DNA of 47,826 bases from Candidatus Kaiserbacteria bacterium RIFCSPHIGHO2_12_FULL_53_13 (GCA_001781555.1 MFLP01000034.1:1788-49613); one strand, 5' to 3'. Positions 9,072 to 18,817 are shown, counted from the first letter of the stretch. Program-made: numbers and translations. The notes: generated by a model from the sequence alone, not told the origin.

Positions 9072-11278
9072 TGTACCTCAAATCCATTGAGCTATCGGGG
9101 TTCAAATCGTTCGCGAAAAAGACCGAACTAGTATTCGGGTCGCGCATCGCGGGCATCGTGGGGCCCAACGGAAGCGGAAAATCCAACGTCGCGGAAGCGT
9201 TCCGGTTCGTCTTGGGCGAGCAGTCGATGAAATCCCTGCGCAGCCGGAGAGGGGAGGACCTAATCTGGGGCGGCTCGCCGGCGCTCTCGCGCTCGAATCG
9301 CGCCGGGGTGAAAGTTGTTTTTGACAACTCGAAGCGCCTTCTCGACCTCGATTTCAAGGAAGTCGCCGTTGAGCGCATCGTCTATCGCGATGGCCAGAAC
9401 GAATATCTTTTGAATGGCACGCAAGTGCGTCTCAAAGACGTGATACGACTTCTTGCCGGCGCGAACATAGGCGGCTCCGGCTACCAGATAATCTCCCAAG
9501 GCGAGGCGGACAGGATATTGAACGCAAGTCCGCGCGAGCGCAGGGAGATGGTGGAAGACGCGCTTGGGCTCAAACTCTATCAGCACAAAAAAGCGGAGAG
9601 CGAGCGGAAGCTCGATGAAACTGCTGTGAATATCGAGAAGACGCGTTCGCTCCGGCGGGAGATAAGCCCTCATCTCAACTTCCTGCGTGTACAAGTGGAG
9701 AAGATTGAAAAGGCGCGCGAGATGAAAGAAGAACTTTCCGCAAAACTCAGTGAGTATCTCGCGCGCGAGCATGCATGGATAACGCAGGAAGACGCGCGCC
9801 TCCTCGCGGAGGCGCGCACACAAGAATCCGAGCTGAAAAAGCTCGGCGCCCGCGTCAACGAGGCGCGCGGAAAGCGCACCGGCGACAGCGACGACACGCT
9901 CAAAGAACTGCAGGGAAGAATTGTCGAGCGCGAACACAAGCTATCCATGGCGCGGCGCGAGAGCGAAAAGCTCAGTCGCGAACTCGGCCGGGCGGAGGGG
10001 GCCGCGGAAGCAACCAATGTGACGGTAGAACAGATCGTCGCCGTCCCGCATGTGCGTCAATTTGCGCGCGAAGTGAGCGAAGCGCTCGCCGGAGCCGAGA
10101 GGACAGACGACATTGCCGCAGTGCGCGGGCTTATCGGACAGATACGCGAGCGCATCAAGGCGTTTGTCGACGGTCTGTCCGGTTCCGCGCCGCAGACAAA
10201 TGAAGAGATGAAGCAGCAAGTGAAGGCAATAGCGAACTCTCTTGAGCGCGTGCAGAAAGAAGAATCGGAGCTAGCCCAAGAGCTGGAGGCGCTTCGCGCG
10301 AAGATCACGCAAGTACGCGACGCCGGGTTTACTGCGGAGCGCGATTTGGTCGGGCTTGAATCCGCCGTGCGCGAAGCGCAGACGAAATTAAGCGCGGTTT
10401 CAGGCGCGCGCGGCAACATTGCAGTAGCGCGACAGCGTTTCGAGGAGGAAGTGCGGGAGGGAATCGTTCTCATCGGCGCCGCTGTCCATGGATGGGAAAA
10501 GAGCGTGATACCGGAAGGAGCGCTCTCCGAAGATCGCGGCGCGCAGGAAAAACGCCGGCGCGAGATAGAACGTTTGAAAATAAAGATAGAAGAATCAGGC
10601 ATCGGCAACGGCGACGCGGTCGTTCGCGAGTTCAACCAGACGAAAGAGCGCGACGTATTCCTCGGTCGCGAGCTTGAAGATTTGGAGCGTTCAGCAGCGT
10701 CGCTCAAAGATATCATTGCGGAACTGGAAAAGACGATAGACGAGCACTTTACTTCAGGGCTCAAGCAAATAAACGAAGCGCTCTCGAGTTTCTTCACGAA
10801 GCTTTTCGGAGGAGGTGAGGCGAAATTGGAGGTAGAGAAACCAAAAAGGCCTCGCGGCGCGAAAGACGATGATCTGGATGAGGACGAAGACGAAGATGAT
10901 ATACCCGAAGAGGAAGAATTATACGCCGGACTTTCTATATCGGTTCAGCTTCCGCGCAAAAAAGTGCGCGGACTCGAGGTGCTCTCGGGCGGCGAGCGTG
11001 CACTCACATCCATCGCGCTTATTTTTTCCATGTCGCAAGTGAATCCTCCGCCTTTTCTTGTTCTGGATGAGACGGATGCCGCGCTCGATGAGGCGAACAG
11101 CAAGCGCTACGCCGACATGATCCGCGAGCTCGGCGGCAAGAGTCAGCTCATCGTCATCACTCATAACCGCGCGACGATGGCGGCGGCAGGGGAGCTTTAC
11201 GGCGTCACGATGGGGCAGGACGGAATTTCCAAACTTCTTTCCGTCAAACTTGAGGAGGCGGAAAAAGTCGCCAAATAA
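9071..11278 (+). CDS. smc: SMC-family ATPase, short form
   Basis: GFKSF, Walker A GPNGSGKSN, LSGGE signature, LDETDAALD, ITHN; 735 aa. Confidence 0.9.
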   Translation: MYLKSIELSGFKSFAKKTELVFGSRIAGIVGPNGSGKSNVAEAFRFVLGEQSMKSLRSRRGEDLIWGGSPALSRSNRAGVKVVFDNSKRLLDLDFKEVAVERIVYRDGQNEYLLNGTQVRLKDVIRLLAGANIGGSGYQIISQGEADRILNASPRERREMVEDALGLKLYQHKKAESERKLDETAVNIEKTRSLRREISPHLNFLRVQVEKIEKAREMKEELSAKLSEYLAREHAWITQEDARLLAEARTQESELKKLGARVNEARGKRTGDSDDTLKELQGRIVEREHKLSMARRESEKLSRELGRAEGAAEATNVTVEQIVAVPHVRQFAREVSEALAGAERTDDIAAVRGLIGQIRERIKAFVDGLSGSAPQTNEEMKQQVKAIANSLERVQKEESELAQELEALRAKITQVRDAGFTAERDLVGLESAVREAQTKLSAVSGARGNIAVARQRFEEEVREGIVLIGAAVHGWEKSVIPEGALSEDRGAQEKRRREIERLKIKIEESGIGNGDAVVREFNQTKERDVFLGRELEDLERSAASLKDIIAELEKTIDEHFTSGLKQINEALSSFFTKLFGGGEAKLEVEKPKRPRGAKDDDLDEDEDEDDIPEEEELYAGLSISVQLPRKKVRGLEVLSGGERALTSIALIFSMSQVNPPPFLVLDETDAALDEANSKRYADMIRELGGKSQLIVITHNRATMAAAGELYGVTMGQDGISKLLSVKLEEAEKVAK

Positions 11279-11332
11279 GAAAGGACATGAGTCATTGACC
11301 GTGTCCGCCTAAACTGGTAGAGTGTCGCAACT

Positions 11333-11716
11333 ATGTTAAAGATACGGATGCAGAGGATTGGCCGCATAAACATGCCGGCGTATCGCATTATTGTCGCCGA
11401 GCACACTCGTGGTCCGAAGACAGGCAACATCGTGGAGAAGGTGGGCACGTACAACCCGAAAAGCAAGGAGCGCGTACTGGATGCGGAGCGCATCAAATAC
11501 TGGTTGTCCGTGGGCGCCAAAGCGTCCGGAACTGTACACAACATGCTTATATCCGCTGGAATTATCACGGGGAAGAAGATAAACGTCCTTCCTAAAAAAC
11601 ATCCGCCAGTTGTCGAGAAGATCGAGGAAAAAGTAGCCCCAGAGGCAACTCCAACGGCGGAACCTGTAGCGGAAGAGAAAAAAGAAGAAGTAGCAGCGGA
11701 AGCAGTAACACAATAA
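11333..11716 (+). CDS. rpsP: 30S ribosomal protein S16
   Basis: MLKIRMQRIGR..YRIIVAE..VGTYNP..YWLSVGAKAS. Confidence 0.95.
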   Translation: MLKIRMQRIGRINMPAYRIIVAEHTRGPKTGNIVEKVGTYNPKSKERVLDAERIKYWLSVGAKASGTVHNMLISAGIITGKKINVLPKKHPPVVEKIEEKVAPEATPTAEPVAEEKKEEVAAEAVTQ

Positions 11717-11731
11717 TCTTGAGTGTCTCAA

Positions 11732-12181
11732 TCAGAGGTCTTGCTTCACGATGTGTTTTCTCAGGAAAGACTTTGTGTTTTTTATTATCTCGTCTTTATT
11801 TTTTGGATCGCTTTTGGCAATTCCTGTAGCAAATATATACATAAGCTCGTTTTTTACCGTGAGCCATCTTTGATTCTGTGCAAGAAAATAGAGAAGTGTC
11901 ATCACGGCAACACGCTTGTTTCCATTTTGGAAGGGATGATTCTTGATCATTAAGTAAAAAAGTATTGCTGCCTTGTCTTCAAGACGCGGGTAGAGACTCT
12001 TACCTCCAAATTTCTGAAACGGGTTTTTTAAACAACTTTCGAGACGGTCAGGAAATCGAGTGTTGAATGGGGGTATTGGTTCGTCCCACTCCATAAGTTC
12101 CCGCGCAAGGCTATGGGCAACACTCTCAATTTCAATGAGCGTTAACCCCCTGATGAAAGATCGTCTGGGCTTGATCTTCAT
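11732..12181 (-). CDS. Fic/Doc-family toxin
   Basis: HPFQNGNKR Fic motif; LYP.LEDKAA.L segment typical of Doc. Confidence 0.85.
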   Translation of the reverse strand: MKIKPRRSFIRGLTLIEIESVAHSLARELMEWDEPIPPFNTRFPDRLESCLKNPFQKFGGKSLYPRLEDKAAILFYLMIKNHPFQNGNKRVAVMTLLYFLAQNQRWLTVKNELMYIFATGIAKSDPKNKDEIIKNTKSFLRKHIVKQDL

Positions 12182-12187
12182 AGGAAC

Positions 12188-12454
12188 TCACTCCCTGCCA
12201 AGACGTCTGAAAGTCACGTGATACTCCTTCACCGCTCTCTTGACGATATTGTTTATCTCTTCTTTTTTTGCGGGAGTAATAAACATCCCAAGAATCGCCT
12301 CCAGTTCTTTTTTCCGGATAATATAGTTCCTACCAACCTTCTCTGCCTTTATTTTTCCTTCCTTGATTTTTTTAAAGACAGCTGTCCTACTCACTCCCAT
12401 TAATTTGGCTATTTCAGACGTGGAAAAATGGCTCTTTTCCGGATTTTTGTTCAT
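12188..12454 (-). CDS. Excisionase-like HTH protein, putative antitoxin/regulator
   Basis: FSTSEIAKLMGVSRTAVFKKIKEGKIKAEKVGRNYII; directly upstream of the Fic/Doc gene. Confidence 0.75.
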   Translation of the reverse strand: MNKNPEKSHFSTSEIAKLMGVSRTAVFKKIKEGKIKAEKVGRNYIIRKKELEAILGMFITPAKKEEINNIVKRAVKEYHVTFRRLGRE

Positions 12455-12455
12455 T

Positions 12456-12485
12456 ACCACAGGTTAACACATGTTAACCTGTGGT
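12456..12485. promoter_or_regulatory. Palindromic operator of the HTH-Fic module
   Basis: ACCACAGGTTAACA-CA-TGTTAACCTGTGGT, perfect 14-bp arms abutting the HTH start. Confidence 0.7.
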
Positions 12486-12496
12486 GCGAACATTCA

Positions 12497-12525
12497 TTGA
12501 CAAAATAGAGGATATCTGCTATTCT
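12497..12525 (+). promoter_or_regulatory. Sigma70-type promoter of the DEAD-box helicase
   Basis: TTGACA-17 bp-TATTCT with extended TG. Confidence 0.7.
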
Positions 12526-12678
12526 TCACAAACCAACTCATCTCATTAGGTTTTTGTCTTGGGAGATACCAAGGCCGTCCCAGAACGAAAGTCGGGATTG
12601 AAACTCTCTCGAGACGCGTTGAAATTAATTAAAACGGGATTTCTAATCCCTCAATGCGGGCATTGGTACTTGGTTTTT

Positions 12679-12713
12679 CCTAAAACCTAACACCTATTCC
12701 CTAACACCTAAAC
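12679..12713 (+). repeat. Heptamer CCTAnnn tandem array before the start codon
   Basis: CCTAAAA CCTAACA CCTATTC CCTAACA CCTAAAC, then ACATATG. Confidence 0.8.
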
Positions 12714-12717
12714 ACAT

Positions 12718-13998
12718 ATGTATCAGCGCAGAGAACATAGTACGAGCCGCACGGGCTCATTCAATAGACGACCGGCAGGCCGGGGCTTTTCACGCTCGTC
12801 TTTTGGCGGGTCACGCGGCAGGAGCTCCTCATTCCGCGGACGTAGCAGCGGTTCAAGCCGCGGTGGCACGAGAGGACCAAGCGGCCAGCACATAGATATT
12901 TCGCGATTCGTCAACAAAGCGGTCATCACGGAGGAAGTGGAAAATTTCATCCCCGAGCATAATTTTGTGGACTTCGCAATAGATGAGCACCTCAAGAAAA
13001 ATATTATCGCAAAAGGATACGCTACGCCGACGCCGATACAGGATCGCGCTATTCCGCACGTCTTGCGCGACGAAGATATCGTCGGTATCGCGAACACGGG
13101 TACGGGGAAAACCGGCGCTTTTCTTATTCCGCTTATCAACAAAGTGCTTCATGACAGGAACGAGCGCGTTCTCATCATGGTGCCGACGCGCGAGCTCGCT
13201 ATTCAGATAGAAGACGAGTTCTGGGGCTTCGCGAAGCATCTTCGCATCGGCGCGGTGACCTGCGTCGGAGGCGCAAATATCAATCCGCAGATAGCGACCC
13301 TTCGCCGGAAGCCGAACTTCGTCATCGGCACGCCGGGGCGCTTGAAGGATGTTATGGAAAGGCGCGCGCTTAACCTTGAAGGTTTCGGCACCGTCGTCTT
13401 GGATGAAGCCGACCGCATGCTCGACATGGGATTCATAGCGGACATGAAATTCATTCTCTCGCACATGAAGACCGCCGAGCGCCACACGCTTTTCTTCTCG
13501 GCGACATTGTCGCGCGAGATAGAGAAGCTCATCGGCGATTTTCTCAAAGATCCGGTGCGCATTTCAGTAAAGACACGCGACACGCCGCAGAATGTGGATC
13601 AGGACATCGTGCGAGTTTCCGCCAGCCAGACAAAACTCGACGTTTTGCACGACCTGCTTGCCCAGCCGGAATTCAGCAAAGTGCTCATCTTCGGACGCAC
13701 GAAGCACGGCGTGGAGAAACTCTCGAAGATGCTTGAACAGAAAGGTTTCAAAGCGGCTTCAATTCACGGCAACAAAACGCAGAGCAACCGTCAAAGAGCA
13801 CTCGGCCTTTTCAAACAGAATCACATTCAAATCCTCGTCGCGACCGACGTCGCCGCGCGCGGCTTGGATATTCCGAAAGTCTCGCACGTCATCAACTACG
13901 ATATTCCGAACACTTACGAAGACTACGTGCACCGCATCGGCCGCACCGGCCGCGCGGGAGAGAAGGGGAAAGCGCTTACGTTCATCGAGGGGAGGTAA
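12718..13998 (+). CDS. DEAD-box RNA helicase (RhlE-like) with R/G/S-rich N-terminus
   Basis: Q motif PTPIQ, TGTGKT, PTRELA, DEAD, SAT, HRIGRTGRAG. Confidence 0.95.
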   Translation: MYQRREHSTSRTGSFNRRPAGRGFSRSSFGGSRGRSSSFRGRSSGSSRGGTRGPSGQHIDISRFVNKAVITEEVENFIPEHNFVDFAIDEHLKKNIIAKGYATPTPIQDRAIPHVLRDEDIVGIANTGTGKTGAFLIPLINKVLHDRNERVLIMVPTRELAIQIEDEFWGFAKHLRIGAVTCVGGANINPQIATLRRKPNFVIGTPGRLKDVMERRALNLEGFGTVVLDEADRMLDMGFIADMKFILSHMKTAERHTLFFSATLSREIEKLIGDFLKDPVRISVKTRDTPQNVDQDIVRVSASQTKLDVLHDLLAQPEFSKVLIFGRTKHGVEKLSKMLEQKGFKAASIHGNKTQSNRQRALGLFKQNHIQILVATDVAARGLDIPKVSHVINYDIPNTYEDYVHRIGRTGRAGEKGKALTFIEGR

Positions 13999-14003
13999 AG
14001 AGA

Positions 14004-14116
14004 CGCTCGCCGGGCATTACACTTTTGCCGTCGCTGTCTGTGCGTGCTCGCACAGCGCTGCCTCTTGCGCCGTCGCGCTGCGAGACACGGCAAAAGCGCA
14101 ATGCCCGTACTCACTT
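14004..14116 (+). repeat. GCTCG-hairpin element, copy A
   Basis: Stem CGGGCATT..CTTTTGCCG / CGGCAAAAG..AATGCCCG; near-identical to the reverse complement of 23371-23488. Confidence 0.8.
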
Positions 14117-14290
14117 GAGCTTGGATTTGACAAATTGCTATTCGAGGTGGATAGTATCAGGCAGTGGTTGTCGGCTGATTCTGTGGCAATAGAAAGGATG
14201 TATATAAATCTCCTTTCTATTGTCACGGAGTGGCAATATGGCGGCTGTGTGCCATTCGCAAAACACAGCATTGATCTCTCGGGGGTCGCG

Positions 14291-14749
14291 ATGGCAAAAT
14301 TGAAGGTCGTTTCAGTTCGTTGGTGGCGCGGCGAGAACGCGCCGAAGGCGGAGGATGTTGCGTCTCTGATGCTCGCCAAGACCGACATGGAATGGCGTCC
14401 CGCTTCTCGCGAGATGTTTCCCCATCAAGAGGCCCTGGACCTCAGCGTCGCAGACTTTGCAAAAGTGCTACACGCAGTACAGCTCATCCAGTCGGAGCTA
14501 TGGACGCAGTATCACGTCCATGCGTACGTGAACATCGACGACGAACCGATTGATGTATACGCCGCAGCTCTGGAACTCAGAGCTGCGGAGCTAGAAGAAG
14601 CGGCCAGAAGTGCGAGCGTCGCGCTCAAGGCAACCCGTAAGTGGGTGCCTGATTACCGCTTTGCACGGATCCGGTATCGTCTTGCCGGAGTGTTGAATCG
14701 GGACAGGTTCGCACATTGCTTGAGCAAGGTGTTGTACCCAGAGCGCTAA
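14291..14749 (+). CDS. Hypothetical protein (152 aa)
   Basis: 3' part of track ORF 13592-14749 from ATG 14291 (MAKLKVVSVRWW..); TTGACA at 14127 upstream, hairpin downstream. Confidence 0.55.
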   Translation: MAKLKVVSVRWWRGENAPKAEDVASLMLAKTDMEWRPASREMFPHQEALDLSVADFAKVLHAVQLIQSELWTQYHVHAYVNIDDEPIDVYAAALELRAAELEEAARSASVALKATRKWVPDYRFARIRYRLAGVLNRDRFAHCLSKVLYPER

Positions 14750-14760
14750 GACGCGCAACG

Positions 14761-14800
14761 GGGAGAAGAGGCAGGGGGACCTCTTCTCCCTGCTTCTTTT
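14761..14800 (+). terminator. Intrinsic terminator-like hairpin
   Basis: GGGAGAAGAGG..CCTCTTCTCCC followed by a T-rich tail. Confidence 0.55.
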
Positions 14801-14839
14801 ATATTTTCGCTAATCTGGGGGCGGTGGTATACTTTTTCT

Positions 14840-15919
14840 ATGTTACGTGCACCGTTCTACGATCCGGCAAAAAGCTACGAAGAGAATTACGACACGGGAC
14901 CGTTTAGCGCTTTCGCCGACGGTGAAGTATATGCACAGCGAGGCGAGCCAACCGTCGATTTTTACGGGCACAAAGTATACGCGCCGCTCGGCATCCCCGC
15001 AGGGCCGCTTTTGAATAGCGCGTTCTGTAAAGGCGCGTTCGAGAATGGTTTCGACATTTGCGTGTACAAGACCGTCCGCAGCAGCGTCTTCCCGTGCCAT
15101 CCGTTCCCGAATGTTCTCGCGATCCATCCCGTCGGCAATCTTACGTTCGAGAAATTGGAAAAGCCCATCATTGCCGACACGTCGTATGTCGAGCCGCTCT
15201 CGATAACCAATTCGTTCGGCGTGCCGTCGAAGGACCCGGCTGTTTGGCAGGAAGATGCGCGCAAAGCGGTCGCGGCTGCCGGGAAAGGGCAGGTGCTTGT
15301 CCTCAGCTTCATGGGCACGGTGCGCGAGAATCAGACGGCCGATGAATTCGTGGCTGATTTCGCGAAGGCCGCCGAATTGTCCCTGCAAACGGGTTCCCCG
15401 ATATTGGAGGCGAACCTCTCATGCCCCAACATCGGCAACGAGGGATTGGTCTGCTACAACCTCGACGTGACGGAGAAGGTCGCGAAAGGGATCCGCGGCG
15501 CGATCGGGAACACGCCGCTCGTCCTCAAGGTCGGCTACTACAAGAACGATGCCGATATCGAACGGCTCGCGGAGATCGCGAACGAGTATGCGGACGGCAT
15601 TTCGGGCATCAATACGCTACAGGGCGAGATCAGGGACGCACAGGGCAATCAGGCCCTGCCCGGTTCTCCTGCGCGCCTGCGCTCCGGCGTGTGCGGCACG
15701 GGCATTCGATGGGCGGGCCTCGATTTCGTACGCCGCCTCAATGCAATTCGGAAGAAACGCGGCTTCACGTTCGCGATCGAAGGGGTGGGCGGCGTGCTCA
15801 CGCCCGCAGATTACCGCGCGTATCGCGACGCCGGCGCCGATTCGGTGATGTCCGCCACTGGCGCAATGTGGAATCCTTACCTAGCCAAAGAGATCAAGGA
15901 AGCATACCCGGACGCATGA
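14840..15919 (+). CDS. Dihydroorotate dehydrogenase-like FMN protein
   Basis: PLGIPAGP, YKT, EANLSCPN, INT, GVGGV motifs. Confidence 0.75.
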   Translation: MLRAPFYDPAKSYEENYDTGPFSAFADGEVYAQRGEPTVDFYGHKVYAPLGIPAGPLLNSAFCKGAFENGFDICVYKTVRSSVFPCHPFPNVLAIHPVGNLTFEKLEKPIIADTSYVEPLSITNSFGVPSKDPAVWQEDARKAVAAAGKGQVLVLSFMGTVRENQTADEFVADFAKAAELSLQTGSPILEANLSCPNIGNEGLVCYNLDVTEKVAKGIRGAIGNTPLVLKVGYYKNDADIERLAEIANEYADGISGINTLQGEIRDAQGNQALPGSPARLRSGVCGTGIRWAGLDFVRRLNAIRKKRGFTFAIEGVGGVLTPADYRAYRDAGADSVMSATGAMWNPYLAKEIKEAYPDA

Positions 15920-15941
15920 TAAGCGCCCGTGTTTTCGGCGC

Positions 15942-16898
15942 ATGACGGAGAAATTCGATAAAAAATATCGGCGATTTGCGGAAGCGGCCAAAGGTACGAA
16001 CTCCGTGACGTCGAAAAGTGACAGGAAATTGATAAGGGAAAATCCTGACTTCTTGTTATTTGGCAGGAGCGACAGATTGAAAAAAGAGGTACCTCGTGGC
16101 GCGTTCGCGTCTTTTTTCAGAGTCTTGCAGGGAGATCATAATATTGATCCTCGCACTGTATTGAAAATCGGCAATTTCTTATATGGCCATCGTCCAGATA
16201 AGAGAAACGAAGAAAATGAAAAGAATCCGCCTCTCTCGCCGGAAGATCGGCCTCTCATGGATCTTGCTTGCACGCTCGTCGAAGACGCGTTTTATAGCGG
16301 TGACTTACTGGACTTGCCGAAAGAACATGGCGCCGCACTCGCGTTCACGGTGAACGTCATCGCGAAGATCCTTGAGCAGCGGTCAAGTGGTGCGGAGCTT
16401 GCGGGTTTCGACCGGCAAAAATTCAGACACTTCTTGAATGCTGTGATCGAGTTTGAGAAACGATATTATGATCGCGTGATCCAAAGAGAAGAGGATCGAA
16501 ACGAAGAAGGTCGCCTGCATCGCCTTTTCCTTGCCGGAGCACAACGCGCAGGGACTTTCTCCACAGAAAAGTACACTTTAGCATATTGGATAAAGAATGT
16601 TCTCATGGTTGATAATCGTCTCGGCTCAATTCCTGAGAGAGAAAGACGCGCAGAGGAAGAAGACAATTTACGCGCCAAGTATTTTAAGGAGCCGGGTGTC
16701 CTAAGCGGCGAGTGGCCGGAAGACCGTACACTCATGTACTCGATGCTTACTCATCGGATAACGGATTCCATGCCACAGGGTGAATCCAATTATGCCGGTT
16801 TCCATTTCCTTGAGGAAGACATTCCCCTTGCCGTGTGGACGCTTCGGTATCTGCGCTCAAAAAAGAGACAGAAACGCCCCGAGATTCACTCAATGTAA
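15942..16898 (+). CDS. Hypothetical protein (318 aa)
   Basis: Long ORF filling the gap between two genes; no motif recognised. Confidence 0.6.
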   Translation: MTEKFDKKYRRFAEAAKGTNSVTSKSDRKLIRENPDFLLFGRSDRLKKEVPRGAFASFFRVLQGDHNIDPRTVLKIGNFLYGHRPDKRNEENEKNPPLSPEDRPLMDLACTLVEDAFYSGDLLDLPKEHGAALAFTVNVIAKILEQRSSGAELAGFDRQKFRHFLNAVIEFEKRYYDRVIQREEDRNEEGRLHRLFLAGAQRAGTFSTEKYTLAYWIKNVLMVDNRLGSIPERERRAEEEDNLRAKYFKEPGVLSGEWPEDRTLMYSMLTHRITDSMPQGESNYAGFHFLEEDIPLAVWTLRYLRSKKRQKRPEIHSM

Positions 16899-16938
16899 GC
16901 CATTTTTCGGCGGACGTTCGGCGTGGTACAGTGGCTTA

Positions 16939-18762
16939 ATGTGCGGTATTTTCGCATACACGGGTAAAAAAGACGCTGCGAAGGTCCTCTTGAACGGCCT
17001 TGTTTCGCTCGAATACCGGGGCTATGACTCCGCCGGAATATATTTGCCCGAATCGGGGAGTATTAAATCCGCCGGCGCGGTGGACAGGTTAAAGAAGAAA
17101 ATCCCAAAGACAGGATTCACCGGGAAAAGCGGCGTCGCGCATTTGCGCTGGGCGACGCACGGCGAACCGACGGAATTGAACGCGCACCCACACGCCGACT
17201 GCGACGGCGATATCTGGGTCGTGCACAATGGCATCATCGAGAATTTCAGGGAGCTCAAGGAGAAACTGATAAAAGCGGGACACACGTTCAAATCCGACAC
17301 CGACACGGAAGTTCTTGCGCACCTCATTGAAGAGCACATGAAGAACGAGAAGACATTTGAGGAAGCGACACTCGCGGCCCTCAATGAAATACGCGGCACC
17401 TACGGTGCCGCAATACAGTACCGGCAAGACCCCGAGCGCATCATCGCGGCGCGCATGGGCTCGCCGGTCGTCCTCGGCGTCGGCAAAGGCGAGCGCTTCA
17501 TCGCGTCCGATCCGTCGCCCATCGTCCCGCACACGAAGCAGGTTGTGTTCCTCGAAGATGGCGAAGTCGCCGTCATCACGCCCGACAGCCACACCATTTA
17601 CAAGCTCGACTCGACGCAGGTGAAGCGCCCCACGCTCGAAATAGATTGGAGCGCCGAGGAGGCGCAGAAGGGCGGCTACGAGCACTTCATGCTCAAAGAA
17701 ATCATGGAAGGCCCGGAGGTCATCCGCAACACGCTTCGCGGCCGGCTCATCCCGGAAAAAGGCCTCGCGAAATTGGGCGGGCTTGAGAGCGTGGCCGATG
17801 AGCTCAAGAAAATCGATCGCATTATCATCGTCGCGTGCGGGACGGCCTCATACGCAGCGCTCGTGGGCGAGCACATGCTCGAAGAATATGCAGAAATCCC
17901 CGTCGAAGTCGAACTCGGCTCGGAATTCCGATATCGGAAGCCCGTCGTCAACGAGCGCACTGCGGTTCTTGGCATTTCGCAATCGGGAGAGACACTCGAC
18001 ACGCTGGAGGCCATCCGCGAGGGAAAGCGGCGCGGAGCGCTCACGCTCGGCATCGTGAATACCGTCGGCTCCACCATCGCGCGCGAGACCGACGCCGGCG
18101 TGTACAACCACGCGGGCCCGGAGGTAAGCGTCGCCTCGACAAAAGCATTCCTCTCACAGCTCACGGCGTTGGCGCTTCTCACGATTTTCCTCGGACGCAC
18201 GCGGAAGATGTCTGCCAAAGCGGGAAAAGAAATCGCGCGCGAGCTTCTGGCGCTTCCGGAAAAAATCGAGCGGATTCTTGAGAATCGTGCGGCGATCGAG
18301 CGGCTCGCGAAAAAATACGTGAAAGCCCAGGACTTCCTGTTCATCGGACGCAAATACAACTATCCGATAGCGTTCGAGGGGGCGATTAAGCTCAAGGAAG
18401 TCTCATACATTCATGCCGAAGGGTGCGGGGCAGGCGAGATGAAGCATGGGCCTATCGCGATGATAGATGAGAATTTTCCCACGATGGCCATCGCAACAAA
18501 GGACAGCGTGTACGAAAAAATGCTCTCCAATATTCAGGAGATAAAAGCGCGGAAAGGGAAGGTCATCGCAGTCGCGACGGAAGGCGACACGGAGATAGGG
18601 AAGATCGCCGACGATATTCTCTACGTCCCGAAGACCATCGAGGTGCTGAGCCCCATCTTGAACGTCATTCCGCTTCAGCTCTTCGCCTACTACTTCGCAA
18701 AAGAAAAAGGCCTCAACGTCGACCGCCCCAGAAACCTCGCAAAATCCGTCACTGTCGAGTAA
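16939..18762 (+). CDS. glmS: Glutamine--fructose-6-phosphate aminotransferase
   Basis: MCGIF N-terminus, LEYRGYDSAG, HLRWATHG, SQSGET, PRNLAKSVTVE. Confidence 0.97.
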   Translation: MCGIFAYTGKKDAAKVLLNGLVSLEYRGYDSAGIYLPESGSIKSAGAVDRLKKKIPKTGFTGKSGVAHLRWATHGEPTELNAHPHADCDGDIWVVHNGIIENFRELKEKLIKAGHTFKSDTDTEVLAHLIEEHMKNEKTFEEATLAALNEIRGTYGAAIQYRQDPERIIAARMGSPVVLGVGKGERFIASDPSPIVPHTKQVVFLEDGEVAVITPDSHTIYKLDSTQVKRPTLEIDWSAEEAQKGGYEHFMLKEIMEGPEVIRNTLRGRLIPEKGLAKLGGLESVADELKKIDRIIIVACGTASYAALVGEHMLEEYAEIPVEVELGSEFRYRKPVVNERTAVLGISQSGETLDTLEAIREGKRRGALTLGIVNTVGSTIARETDAGVYNHAGPEVSVASTKAFLSQLTALALLTIFLGRTRKMSAKAGKEIARELLALPEKIERILENRAAIERLAKKYVKAQDFLFIGRKYNYPIAFEGAIKLKEVSYIHAEGCGAGEMKHGPIAMIDENFPTMAIATKDSVYEKMLSNIQEIKARKGKVIAVATEGDTEIGKIADDILYVPKTIEVLSPILNVIPLQLFAYYFAKEKGLNVDRPRNLAKSVTVE

Positions 18763-18817
18763 TCCTTTGCGCGCCGCCCGCCAGTTTCCCCAAAATGCTG
18801 AATTGCGGAATGTCGTT

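Noticed and set aside
13592..14290. 5' part of the 385-aa track ORF
   Set aside because: Overlaps the helicase out of frame and runs through hairpin copy A; only the part from ATG 14291 is credible.
16899..16938. glmS ribozyme
   Set aside because: Only 40 nt of intergenic space, with a -10-like box next to the ATG.
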